Source of the DNA: a virus
IMG/VR virus record: IMGVR_UViG_3300037510_000657
Span: 73,877-105,876 of that record
Strand: one strand, 5' to 3'
Length of the DNA stretch: 32,000 bases
The stretch's first letter is position 1; each line of letters begins with the position of its first letter. A program made the translations under genes and the position numbers. This document shows, piece after piece, positions 12,621-18,587 of this stretch. The notes under the pieces are model-generated. The model was given only the letters and a program-made list of their open reading frames with translations, was not told the origin of the DNA and did not search any database.

Positions 12621-12693
12621 TGCTCGAGGTTGGAGTCGAACCAACATCTCTGGGGTTTCAAGCCAGCGCGTGCACCACGCATGCTGCTCGAGC
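12621..12693 (-). tRNA. tRNA-Phe (GAA)
   Basis: Acceptor GCTCGAG/CTCGAGC, anticodon arm CTGGC-TTGAAAC-CCCAG (31-39 mismatch), T arm GTTGG-TTCGACT-CCAAC. Confidence 0.8.
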
Positions 12694-12699
12694 GAAAGG

Positions 12700-12771
12700 C
12701 ACCAGGGACAGGATTTGCACCTGCATTTCCGGGCGTAGTGCCCGACGACCTGAGAGTTAGTCGACCCCGGT
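12700..12771 (-). tRNA. tRNA with CTA (amber-reading) triplet at anticodon position, non-canonical loop CACTACG
   Basis: ACCGGGG-TC-GACT-AACTCTCA-GGTC-G-TCGGG-CACTACG-CCCGG-AAAT-GCAGG-TGCAAAT-CCTGT-CCCTGGT-G. All four stems pair, but A33 and C37 are atypical. Confidence 0.6.
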
Positions 12772-12775
12772 ATAG

Positions 12776-12847
12776 CGATCTCGAAGGGAATCGAACCCTC
12801 CTCATCCCGTAGACAGCGGGACCGCCTCACCAGATGCGTACGAGACC
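12776..12847 (-). tRNA. tRNA-Asp (GTC)
   Basis: Acceptor GGTCTCG/CGAGATC, anticodon arm TCCCG-CTGTCTA-CGGGA, T arm GAGGG-TTCGATT-CCCTT. Confidence 0.8.
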
Positions 12848-12849
12848 AA

Positions 12850-12926
12850 TGGGGTGAGCGGCTGGACTCGCACCAGCTTGGACAAGGGCCACAACCTTGC
12901 GCCTCGGCTACTTCGGCATCGCCCAC
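12850..12926 (-). tRNA. tRNA-His (GTG), CCA encoded
   Basis: Acceptor GTGGGCG/CGCTCAC, discriminator C, anticodon arm CAAGG-TTGTGGC-CCTTG, T arm GCTGG-TGCGAGT-CCAGC. Confidence 0.85.
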
Positions 12927-12932
12927 ATTGAG

Positions 12933-12949
12933 GCCGGTTGAGCCGGCCA
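12933..12949 (-). terminator. Stem-loop GGCCGG-TTGA-GCCGGCC after the small ORF
   Basis: Hairpin between stop 12956 and the tRNA-His 5' end. No clear U-run. Confidence 0.35.
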
Positions 12950-12955
12950 GGCTTG

Positions 12956-13102
12956 TTACCGCTTCCCGCCGCAGCAGGAACAGGTCGCGTAGACCGGCCG
13001 GTCATAGACCGGATGGTTCCACGCGATGGGCGCCAAGAACGGCCGCCCCGTCTTCTTGCAGAAACCAACCACCACGTACTCGTACCCGTTGCTCTTCTTC
13101 AT
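12956..13102 (-). CDS. 48-aa small Cys-containing protein
   Basis: Below the ORF-track cutoff. GGAGG lies 5 nt before ATG 13102: MKKSNGYEYVVVGFCKKTGRPFLAPIAWNHPVYDRPVYATCSCCGGKR, stop TAA. Confidence 0.5.
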   Translation of the reverse strand: MKKSNGYEYVVVGFCKKTGRPFLAPIAWNHPVYDRPVYATCSCCGGKR

Positions 13103-13163
13103 CGTTGCCTCCGTTTCGAGTGAAACGGGGCCCTAAGAGCTGTTCATGGTGTCTCCTTCTACG

Positions 13164-13237
13164 TTGGTCCACCCGGAAGGAATCGAACCTTCGTCGGCCG
13201 CTTATCAAGCGGCTGCATGACCTTCCTGCTACAGGTG
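13164..13237 (-). tRNA. tRNA-Ile (GAT), CCA encoded
   Basis: Acceptor CCACCTG/CGGGTGG, anticodon arm GCCGC-TTGATAA-GCGGC, T arm GAAGG-TTCGATT-CCTTC. Confidence 0.85.
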
Positions 13238-13242
13238 GATGG

Positions 13243-13258
13243 AGGCGGCCGAAGCCGC
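13243..13258 (-). terminator. Stem-loop GGCGGC-TTCG-GCCGCC after gene 13267-13593
   Basis: 6-bp GC stem with a UUCG tetraloop, 9 nt after the stop. No U-run. Confidence 0.4.
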
Positions 13259-13266
13259 CGATGAAG

Positions 13267-13593
13267 CTAGTCGGTGAGGGTGCCGGCGAGGACCGCGTCG
13301 AGGTCGATGTCGCCGTCGAGCAGATCCGTCATCACGGCCGAGACGACTTCCTTGACGTCGGCGGCGGTGAAGTCCGGGTTGGCGGCCTGCGACTCGAGCA
13401 GGGTGCGCCGGATGTTCATGAACAGGTAGTGACGAGCGTTCGCGAGCACGGTTGCCAACTTGGCCTCCTTGATCTCTTCGAGGCCGTCGATGACCTCGGC
13501 CAGCGCGGCAGCGTCACCCGAGGCGGGAGTCGCGGCCGAGACGGCGGTGATGAGTTCGTTCAGATGCGCTACGGATGCGTTGTTGAAGATCAT
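13267..13593 (-). CDS. Hypothetical acidic protein
   Basis: 108-aa ORF with GC-rich third positions. The ATG sits 6 nt after a TAGGCT -10 box, so the mRNA is probably leaderless. Confidence 0.65.
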   Translation of the reverse strand: MIFNNASVAHLNELITAVSAATPASGDAAALAEVIDGLEEIKEAKLATVLANARHYLFMNIRRTLLESQAANPDFTAADVKEVVSAVMTDLLDGDIDLDAVLAGTLTD

Positions 13594-13599
13594 GCGTAG

Positions 13600-13629
13600 A
13601 GCCTACGGACTCGCGAAGCAAAGCGTCAA
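13600..13629 (-). promoter_or_regulatory. Sigma70/HrdB-like promoter TTGACG-18-TAGGCT driving a leaderless mRNA
   Basis: Minus strand: TTGACG (13629-13624), 18-nt spacer, TAGGCT (13605-13600), then 6 nt to ATG 13593. Confidence 0.5.
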
Positions 13630-13676
13630 GAAACAGAACGATGTCAGGTCTTCTACTAGGTCTCTTCGACCCGTCT

Positions 13677-13753
<77 letters not shown>

Positions 13754-13780
13754 ATGGGGCCCTTGAGGGGCCAAAGCGCC

Positions 13781-14119
13781 TCAGCCTTGCGGCTTCGGCA
13801 GATAGTCGAAGATGAAGGTCGGGTAGTAGTCGTCGTAGTCGTCGGTGCCCAGCCGAAGCCAGACATGCCCGTCGTCGTCAACGAGGTGCCACCCGTCGAA
13901 GCCCCCTCTTACAGAGACCGCGACAACGGTCACTTCGGCGATGGCTCGCTTGAAGAACACGAGTCCCGAAGGATCGCGCACTTCAACGGAACCAAGCATC
14001 GAGCGGTAACCGTCGTTCTCATCTTCCACTGCCTCGAAGATGTCCTTCCCCAGCTTGAACTTGGTGCTGTCCACGCCGTAGAACTTCACCTTCTTCCCGA
14101 CCAGCTCTTCGAACTTCAT
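13781..14119 (-). CDS. Hypothetical protein
   Basis: I prefer ATG 14119 (AAGGAGAGAAGCC upstream): MKFEELVGKKVKFYG... A GGCCC-TCAAG-GGGCC hairpin follows the stop. Confidence 0.65.
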   Translation of the reverse strand: MKFEELVGKKVKFYGVDSTKFKLGKDIFEAVEDENDGYRSMLGSVEVRDPSGLVFFKRAIAEVTVVAVSVRGGFDGWHLVDDDGHVWLRLGTDDYDDYYPTFIFDYLPKPQG

Positions 14120-14183
14120 GGCTTCTCTCCTTGTTGGCATCCAAGCCACTTCGGAGAAGCCGCTGCTTCGTGTTGCTGGTCGA

Positions 14184-14260
14184 TGGTCAGCCCGACAGGA
14201 ATTGAACCTGCGACCTCTTGTCCCCCAGACAAGCGCGCTACCAGACTGCGCTACGGGCTG
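14184..14260 (-). tRNA. tRNA-Pro (GGG), CCA encoded
   Basis: Acceptor CAGCCCG/CGGGCTG, anticodon arm CTTGT-CTGGGGG-ACAAG, T arm GCAGG-TTCAATT-CCTGT. Confidence 0.9.
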
Positions 14261-14326
14261 ATTGGATGACCAACACTTCGAGCGCTGCGGGCTGTTAACC
14301 CTGCGTGTCTGTGATGGCCATCGCGG

Positions 14327-14398
14327 TCAGGGTGAGAGGAATCGAACCTCCTGCCTCTCCGTTCCAAGCGGAGTCGTCTACCAGTGACTTACACCCTG
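14327..14398 (-). tRNA. tRNA-Pro (TGG)
   Basis: Acceptor CAGGGTG/CACCCTG, anticodon arm CTCCG-CTTGGAA-CGGAG, T arm GGAGG-TTCGATT-CCTCT. Confidence 0.9.
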
Positions 14399-14399
14399 A

Positions 14400-14475
14400 T
14401 GGTCTCGTGCAGGGGAATCGAACCCCTATTGGCCGGGTGAAAACCGGGTCTCCTGAGCCGTTGGAGGAGCACGAG
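14400..14475 (-). tRNA. tRNA-Glu (TTC), CCA encoded
   Basis: Acceptor CTCGTGC/GCACGAG, anticodon loop TTTTCAC on a CCGG/CCGG stem, T arm AGGGG-TTCGATT-CCCCT. Confidence 0.85.
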
Positions 14476-14481
14476 ATGTAG

Positions 14482-14553
14482 TAGCGGTACGGGGAATCGA
14501 ACCCCGATGTTCTGGTTGAGAACCAGCTCTCCTAGCCGTTGGAGCATACCGCC
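14482..14553 (-). tRNA. tRNA-Glu (CTC)
   Basis: Acceptor GGCGGTA/TACCGCT, D arm CTCC-AACGGCTA-GGAG, anticodon arm GCTGG-TTCTCAA-CCAGA, T arm CGGGG-TTCGATT-CCCCG. Confidence 0.85.
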
Positions 14554-14559
14554 ATGTAG

Positions 14560-14631
14560 AGGTTGCGACAGGAATCGAACCTGTGTGATCCGGGTTGCAG
14601 CCGGATGCCTCAGCCACTCGACCACGCAACC
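14560..14631 (-). tRNA. tRNA-Cys (GCA)
   Basis: Acceptor GGTTGCG/CGCAACC, anticodon arm TCCGG-CTGCAAC-CCGGA, T arm ACAGG-TTCGATT-CCTGT. Confidence 0.9.
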
Positions 14632-14636
14632 ATCAG

Positions 14637-14710
14637 CGCGTTCCCAGGGGATCGAACCCTGCTCGCTCGACTTAACAGGTCGATGCACTCACCAGAGATG
14701 CTAGGAACGC
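14637..14710 (-). tRNA. tRNA-Asn (GTT)
   Basis: Acceptor GCGTTCC/GGAACGC, anticodon arm TCGAC-CTGTTAA-GTCGA, T arm CAGGG-TTCGATC-CCCTG. Confidence 0.9.
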
Positions 14711-14778
14711 AGGTACGGGCAACAGGGGGCGCCCCGTCTCTTACAGACCGACGATCCTTCGGCCCAGCCGATTCTTAG

Positions 14779-14852
14779 CTCCGAGGGAGGGACTCGAACC
14801 CCCATCGACCCTGCGTAACAGGCAGGCGACCTACCGATTAGCCGACCTCGGA
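14779..14852 (-). tRNA. tRNA-Asn (GTT), second copy
   Basis: Acceptor TCCGAGG/CCTCGGA (U1-A72), anticodon arm CCTGC-CTGTTAC-GCAGG, T loop TTCGAGT. Confidence 0.85.
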
Positions 14853-14853
14853 A

Positions 14854-14926
14854 TGGTCTGGGCGCCAGGATTTGAACCAGGCCTTCTGTCCCCAGAGGAC
14901 AGCGTGCGGTCATACACTTCACCCAG
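14854..14926 (-). tRNA. tRNA-Gln (CTG), CCA encoded
   Basis: Acceptor CTGGGTG/CGCCCAG, D arm GTGT-ATGACC-GCAC, anticodon arm CTGTC-CTCTGGG-GACAG, T arm CCTGG-TTCAAAT-CCTGG (central U-U). Confidence 0.8.
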
Positions 14927-14927
14927 A

Positions 14928-15002
14928 TGGAGCTTCTCGTCGGAGTCGAACCGACCTCTCCGGTTTACAAAGCCGGGGCTCTCCCGCGAGAACTTGAGAA
15001 GC
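14928..15002 (-). tRNA. tRNA-Thr (TGT), CCA encoded
   Basis: Acceptor GCTTCTC/GAGAAGC, anticodon loop TTTGTAA, T arm GTCGG-TTCGACT-CCGAC. Confidence 0.85.
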
Positions 15003-15004
15003 GT

Positions 15005-15078
15005 TGGTGTCCCTCGCCGGAGTCGCACCGGTCTACCTCCTTTACGGGGAGGCGTGCTCGTACATACACCACCAGGAC
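15005..15078 (-). tRNA. tRNA with Tyr anticodon GTA but class I body, C33, weak acceptor base; CCA encoded
   Basis: D arm GTGT-ATGTACGA-GCAC, anticodon arm CCTCC-CCGTAAA-GGAGG, 4-nt variable loop. Acceptor GTCCTGG/GAGGGAC pairs 5/7. Confidence 0.6.
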
Positions 15079-15079
15079 A

Positions 15080-15154
15080 TGGATCAGGTGGAAGGGTTCG
15101 AACCTTCATTGCCGGGGTCAGAATCCGGGGTCCTGCCGATTGAACGACACCTGA
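15080..15154 (-). tRNA. tRNA-Gln (CTG), second copy, CCA encoded
   Basis: Acceptor TCAGGTG/CACCTGA (U1-A72), D arm GTTC-AATCGGCA-GGAC, anticodon arm CCGGA-TTCTGAC-CCCGG (31-39 mismatch), T arm GAAGG-TTCGAAC-CCTTC. Confidence 0.7.
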
Positions 15155-15166
15155 AGAGAACTGCGG

Positions 15167-15240
15167 ATCGGGGAGAAGGACTCGAACCTTCAACATCCTC
15201 GTTCAAAGCGAGGCGCAACTGCCGGTTGTGCTATCCCCGA
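15167..15240 (-). tRNA. tRNA-Gln (TTG)
   Basis: Acceptor TCGGGGA/TCCCCGA, anticodon arm CCTCG-CTTTGAA-CGAGG, T arm GAAGG-TTCGAGT-CCTTC. Confidence 0.85.
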
Positions 15241-15241
15241 A

Positions 15242-15316
15242 TGGAGCAGGCGAAGGGACTCGAACCCTCTCCCCAAGGCTTGGAAGGCCTGGACGCTACC
15301 ATTACGCTACGCCTGC
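15242..15316 (-). tRNA. tRNA-Gly (TCC), CCA encoded
   Basis: Acceptor GCAGGCG/CGCCTGC, anticodon loop CTTCCAA, T arm GAGGG-TTCGAGT-CCCTT. Confidence 0.85.
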
Positions 15317-15351
15317 AAACGGGAGCGCTCTTCCGATTGAGCTAAAGCCCC
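15317..15351 (-). other. tRNA 5' half ending in the anticodon loop
   Basis: GGGGCTT-TA-GCTC-AATCGGAA-GAGC-G-CTCCC-GTTT, followed immediately by G1 of tRNA-Gly(TCC). Confidence 0.55.
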
Positions 15352-15384
15352 AGAAGGATGGCGGTCGCGAAACGCGTCCTTCCT

Positions 15385-15433
15385 TGGTTGGGCCCACGGG
15401 ACTCGAACCCGCATCTCTCCCTGATTCTTCCGG
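15385..15433 (-). other. tRNA 3' half (anticodon 3' strand to CCA) lying upstream of its matching 5' half
   Basis: CCGGAAGAATCA-GGGAG-AGAT-GCGGG-TTCGAGT-CCCGT-GGGCCCA-A-CCA. GGGAG complements CTCCC, and GGGCCCA pairs 6/7 with GGGGCTT of the 5' half at 15317-15351. The 33-nt linker folds as GAAGGA...TCCTTC. Confidence 0.55.
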
Positions 15434-15505
15434 TCCCGCCGGAGGGCTTCGAACCCCCATCATTCGGTTTAAAAGACCGGTCTCTGCCAGTTGAGTTACG
15501 ACGGG
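15434..15505 (-). tRNA. tRNA-Lys (TTT)
   Basis: Acceptor CCCGTCG/CGGCGGG, anticodon arm CCGGT-CTTTTAA-ACCGA, T arm GGGGG-TTCGAAG-CCCTC. Confidence 0.85.
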
Positions 15506-15548
15506 ATGATCTCCGTCGCTTGTTTCAGTCGCTTCATGTTGCACCTCT

Positions 15549-15622
15549 TGGTGAGCCCAGAAGGAATCGAACCTTCCCCAGCAGGGTAAGAACCTGATGC
15601 TCCGCCTTGGAGCTATGGGCCC
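15549..15622 (-). tRNA. tRNA-Lys (CTT), CCA encoded
   Basis: Acceptor GGGCCCA/TGGGCTC, anticodon loop TTCTTAC, T arm GAAGG-TTCGATT-CCTTC. Confidence 0.85.
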
Positions 15623-15701
15623 ATGTTGACCGCCCTTGCGAGCGATCAGCTTCTTCGTTTCACTATTCAGTTTTCAGTCGACGCCGCTAAGCGCCGTTCG
15701 G

Positions 15702-15783
15702 TGGGAGAGCTGGGACTCGAACCCAGTTGTTCCGAAGACCCGAGGGTTACAATCTCGTTCAGTACCTTACTGTCAACACTCCC
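15702..15783 (-). tRNA. tRNA-Tyr (GTA), type II
   Basis: 82 nt. Acceptor GGGAGTG/CTCTCCC (one mismatch), anticodon loop TTGTAAC, long variable arm with TTCG loop, T arm CTGGG-TTCGAGT-CCCAG. Confidence 0.8.
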
Positions 15784-15793
15784 GAAACCTTAG

Positions 15794-15865
15794 AGCGGGT
15801 GAAGGGATTCGAACCCTCCTGTTCTTCCTTGGCAAGGAAGCTTCACACCTAGCGAATCCACCCGC
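15794..15865 (-). tRNA. tRNA-Gly (GCC)
   Basis: Acceptor GCGGGTG/CACCCGC, anticodon arm CTTCC-TTGCCAA-GGAAG, T arm GAGGG-TTCGAAT-CCCTT. Confidence 0.9.
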
Positions 15866-15884
15866 GTTCCTGCACCAACTTCAG

Positions 15885-15955
15885 AGCTCTCGCCGAGAAT
15901 CGAACTCGGCCCGGATGCTTACGAAACATCTGCTCCGCCTTGGAGCTACGAGAGC
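15885..15955 (-). tRNA. tRNA-Thr (CGT)
   Basis: Acceptor GCTCTCG/CGAGAGC, anticodon arm GATGT-TTCGTAA-GCATC, T arm CCGAG-TTCGATT-CTCGG. Confidence 0.85.
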
Positions 15956-15960
15956 AAGAG

Positions 15961-16029
15961 CGAATCGTGAAGGAGTCGAACCCTCAACGGCAGGTTTTGG
16001 AGGCCCGCCTGTGCACCGGCACCCGACCC
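15961..16029 (-). tRNA. tRNA-Trp (CCA), reduced D arm; 5' end uncertain (16029-16038)
   Basis: Anticodon arm CGGGC-CTCCAAA-ACCTG (31-39 C-A), variable CCGTT, T arm GAGGG-TTCGACT-CCTTC, 3' acceptor ACGATTC. The best 5' strand is GGGTCGG (6/7). Confidence 0.7.
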
Positions 16030-16057
16030 ATACTGTTCGAACCAACCTCCAGAAACT

Positions 16058-16090
16058 AAAAAGGCCCGGGGAGATTTCTCTCGCCGGGCC
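16058..16090 (-). terminator. Rho-independent terminator after the GGDEF gene
   Basis: Minus strand: GGCCCGG-CGAGAGAAATCTCC-CCGGGCC followed by TTTTT (16062-16058). Confidence 0.7.
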
Positions 16091-16273
16091 CTGGTTGCGT
16101 TGTTCTGCTTCTCAGGACCCGGCTAGAGACTCCAATCGAACTTGGGGGCCAGTGCCGGGAGGTGATTCATGGACGTACCCTGCTGGCCGCACGAATAGGT
16201 CCCGACGCGAATCTCTTCGCGCTTGAGCCTTTCAGTGCTGGTCGACAGGAACGACATGGTGATGATTTGAGGG

Positions 16274-17029
16274 TTACGCGTAGCTCGAAGCAGTGTCAAC
16301 TTCTTTTTTCGTGACCACCGGGCAGACCTGATTTCTGCCATTCGACTTCGCTACATAGAGCTGCATGTCCGCTCTTGCGATGGTGGTCATGAAGTCCTCA
16401 CCGTTCACTGTCTCCGCGGCCCCGATGGACACGGTGACCGTCTTGCCGTGCGCGTAGTCTACGTCTGCAACGGCATGGCGTAGCTTCTCACCGACGATGA
16501 CCGCGCCCTCGAGGTCCGTGTCCGGAAGGATGATGAGGATCTCCTCACCACCCCAGCGAACAGCGTGGTCGGTGATGCGGACGGTCGACTTCACCGTTGC
16601 GCAGACGGTCTTCAGGATCTCGTCGCCCATGTTGTGCCCGTACTCGTCGTTGACCCTCTTGAAGTAGTCGACGTCGAGCAGCAGGTACGAGAGCGCAGTT
16701 CTCGTCCGTCTGGTGCGAGAGACACAACGACTGATGACCTGCTCTCCGCCTCTGCGGTTGAGCAGGCTCGTGAGCGGGTCGCTGATGGCGGCCGCTTCGT
16801 AGGTCGAGAGGAGAGCCTTGAGCTCGCTCGTCTCCTTGGTGCGCTCCTTGTGGTCCAGAGCGATCTTGTGCCGAGGCACGATGTCCGCTCCGTACGCACG
16901 ATAGAGGCATGCTGCGACGACGGCTACCGCCATCGCTTCGCTCAACAGCCCGACCTGTTTCGCTTCCGCGATCCCTGCCGCTACCCCTGCAACCTGCAGG
17001 AGGAGGGCAGCGAGTATCAACCTGAACAT
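16274..17029 (-). CDS. GGDEF-domain diguanylate cyclase with N-terminal membrane anchor
   Basis: LLLDVDYFKRVNDEYGHNMGDEILK, RITD (I-site RxxD) 5 aa before GGEEI, SIGAA, ARADMQLYVAKSNGRNQV. Two hydrophobic N-terminal helices. GGAGGG precedes the ATG. Confidence 0.9.
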   Translation of the reverse strand: MFRLILAALLLQVAGVAAGIAEAKQVGLLSEAMAVAVVAACLYRAYGADIVPRHKIALDHKERTKETSELKALLSTYEAAAISDPLTSLLNRRGGEQVISRCVSRTRRTRTALSYLLLDVDYFKRVNDEYGHNMGDEILKTVCATVKSTVRITDHAVRWGGEEILIILPDTDLEGAVIVGEKLRHAVADVDYAHGKTVTVSIGAAETVNGEDFMTTIARADMQLYVAKSNGRNQVCPVVTKKEVDTASSYA

Positions 17030-17142
17030 GAGCTGCCCTCCAGCTTACGACTGCCCGTGGCAGTGTCTGCAGAAATCGACTTCCTGTCTTGCGAAGACGA
17101 TGTAAGATGTCTCGGTCCACGTAACCAAATCTGGGAGGTCAC

Positions 17143-17454
17143 ATGGCTCCGAAGAAGAAAGATCAACCGTCAGCGCACGACGTTCCCGACTACGACGCCC
17201 TCAAGACGGTCGATGATGTCGAGGAAGAGATCCAGCGGCACAAGGACATCCTCGTGCGGCAGGACATCATGGAGTGGCGGATGAAGCAGGACAAGAAGGA
17301 CGCCGTCTCCAGCTACAACGAGCAGCTGAAGGAGATCAAGGAAGAGCGCGACCACGAGATGGGCGTGCTCGGTGCTCTCGAGGACCGCAAGAAGGTCCTC
17401 AACGCGACGCCAGTCCTCCGGGCCATCACGGGCGGCCAGGACGGCGGCAACTAG
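17143..17454 (+). CDS. Hypothetical coiled-coil protein
   Basis: Plus-strand 103-aa ORF, GGGAGG 5 nt before the ATG, Lys/Glu-rich. Confidence 0.65.
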   Translation: MAPKKKDQPSAHDVPDYDALKTVDDVEEEIQRHKDILVRQDIMEWRMKQDKKDAVSSYNEQLKEIKEERDHEMGVLGALEDRKKVLNATPVLRAITGGQDGGN

Positions 17455-17837
17455 AGCGCGATCGACCTCAGCGTCGGGACACCTCCCGACACTACCGCCT
17501 CCACGATCACCGTCCCCGACCCAGCCACCGCCACGGTGAAGATGCCGCTGGAGTTGGTCCTCAGCCAGACCTCGACGGCTCCTCCGGGAGCTCCGACCAT
17601 CTCGGTGCCGACCGAAGTGGTGAGGAGTGCCGTGCCCACGACGCGGACGAGGACGTCTGTGACCGCGGCCTTGGCCACGCCATCGCCCGTCCTGACCTGC
17701 CCGGTGATGGTGCCGCTGCCCGCAGTCAGGTCGGCGTAGAGCAGACCCTTCATGATGTTCTTCACGAAGTTGAGAGAACGGCTCTGGTCGTTGGTGGCGC
17801 CCAGGGCCGTGAGTACGGTTGAATCGATGAGGGACAT
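17451..17837 (-). CDS. Hypothetical Gly/Val/Thr-rich (beta-rich) protein
   Basis: 128-aa ORF, GGAG before the ATG. Its stop overlaps the convergent plus-strand gene at CTAG. Confidence 0.6.
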   Translation of the reverse strand: MSLIDSTVLTALGATNDQSRSLNFVKNIMKGLLYADLTAGSGTITGQVRTGDGVAKAAVTDVLVRVVGTALLTTSVGTEMVGAPGGAVEVWLRTNSSGIFTVAVAGSGTVIVEAVVSGGVPTLRSIAL

Positions 17838-17856
17838 GGGTCGAGTCTCCTACCTC

Positions 17857-17885
17857 TTGCATGGGCCAGCAAGGTGATCTACCTT
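17857..17885 (+). promoter_or_regulatory. Candidate promoter TTGCAT-17-TACCTT for the plus-strand PTH2 operon
   Basis: TTGCAT (17857-17862), 17-nt spacer, TACCTT (17880-17885), in the divergent intergenic region. Confidence 0.4.
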
Positions 17886-17973
17886 CAGCTCATGACCTCT
17901 TCGCATTAGCCCCAGCCATGATCCCCTTCCCAGCGGATCACAGCGAGACGACGTTCTATACCACTACGTCGTC

Positions 17974-18270
17974 GTGCGGAATGACCTGCCCCACGGCGTG
18001 CAACTCGCACAGACCGTCCACGCAGCGGGCGAGTCAGGTCGTCTATCAGAACAGCTACCCGGAGACACCCGAGCCGTTGCCCTCGCCGCGGCCTCGGAAG
18101 AAGTTCTGCTCGAGCTCGAGGCTCGCCTCAGGTTCGCAGGCATCCCGCACGCTGCCATCCGAGAGCCGGACGCTCCCTACAACGGAGCGCTCATGGCCAT
18201 CGGCTGTTCGCCACTTCCAAGGACGCCGAAGCTGAAGAAGATCATGTCGGTCTTCCAGCTTCTTCGCTAG
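17974..18270 (+). CDS. PTH2-family peptidyl-tRNA hydrolase-like protein
   Basis: VRNDLPHGVQLAQTVHAA...AVALAAASEEVLLELEARLRFAGIPHAAIREPDAPYNGALMAIG...LKKIMSVFQLL follows the PTH2 pattern as I remember it. The first canonical start is GTG 17974, although the frame is open from 17896. Confidence 0.55.
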   Translation: MRNDLPHGVQLAQTVHAAGESGRLSEQLPGDTRAVALAAASEEVLLELEARLRFAGIPHAAIREPDAPYNGALMAIGCSPLPRTPKLKKIMSVFQLLR

Positions 18271-18279
18271 GAGACCGCC

Positions 18280-18555
18280 ATGAAGATGAACATCCAGAAG
18301 CTGAAGCAGGACCTCAACAACGTCGCCGCGAAGATCGTGGAGGTGAAGGCCATCCTTCGGGAGCCTCACCAGCCTCGGAAGACGTGGCGCACGCAGCCGG
18401 AGCTCGAGAGCCTGAAGTACGAGGCCACTCGTCTCTGTTCCATTCGTGCGTCACATCGAGGTAAGATCCACATGAAGGGCAAGACTCTCGAAGAGCAGGC
18501 CGAGTTCGTTGGCGACACGTCCGAGTACATGCTCGAGGAGGAAGCAGCAGCCTGA
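18280..18555 (+). CDS. Hypothetical protein
   Basis: 91-aa ORF, AGGAG 7 nt before the ATG. Confidence 0.65.
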   Translation: MKMNIQKLKQDLNNVAAKIVEVKAILREPHQPRKTWRTQPELESLKYEATRLCSIRASHRGKIHMKGKTLEEQAEFVGDTSEYMLEEEAAA

Positions 18556-18587
18556 GGCAGCGACAGCAGGCCGTGAGCCTGCATCAT

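Noticed and set aside
14261-14326. A 66-nt spacer closed by an 8-bp stem (GATGGCCA/TGGTCATC), considered as a possible mini-tRNA.
   Set aside because: I could not form a T arm, a D arm or a 5-bp anticodon stem. It is probably just a processed spacer hairpin.
14711-14778. A 68-nt spacer containing CTGTAAG (a Tyr-like loop) and the palindrome GGGGCGCCCC, considered as a possible tRNA.
   Set aside because: The flanking bases do not pair into an anticodon stem, there is no acceptor or T arm, and it is too short for a class II Tyr tRNA.
16123-16341. 72-aa minus-strand ORF downstream of and overlapping the GGDEF gene, including a 44-aa version from ATG 16257.
   Set aside because: No SD site, partial overlap with the GGDEF C-terminus, and no recognisable motif. 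The evidence is too weak to call a gene.
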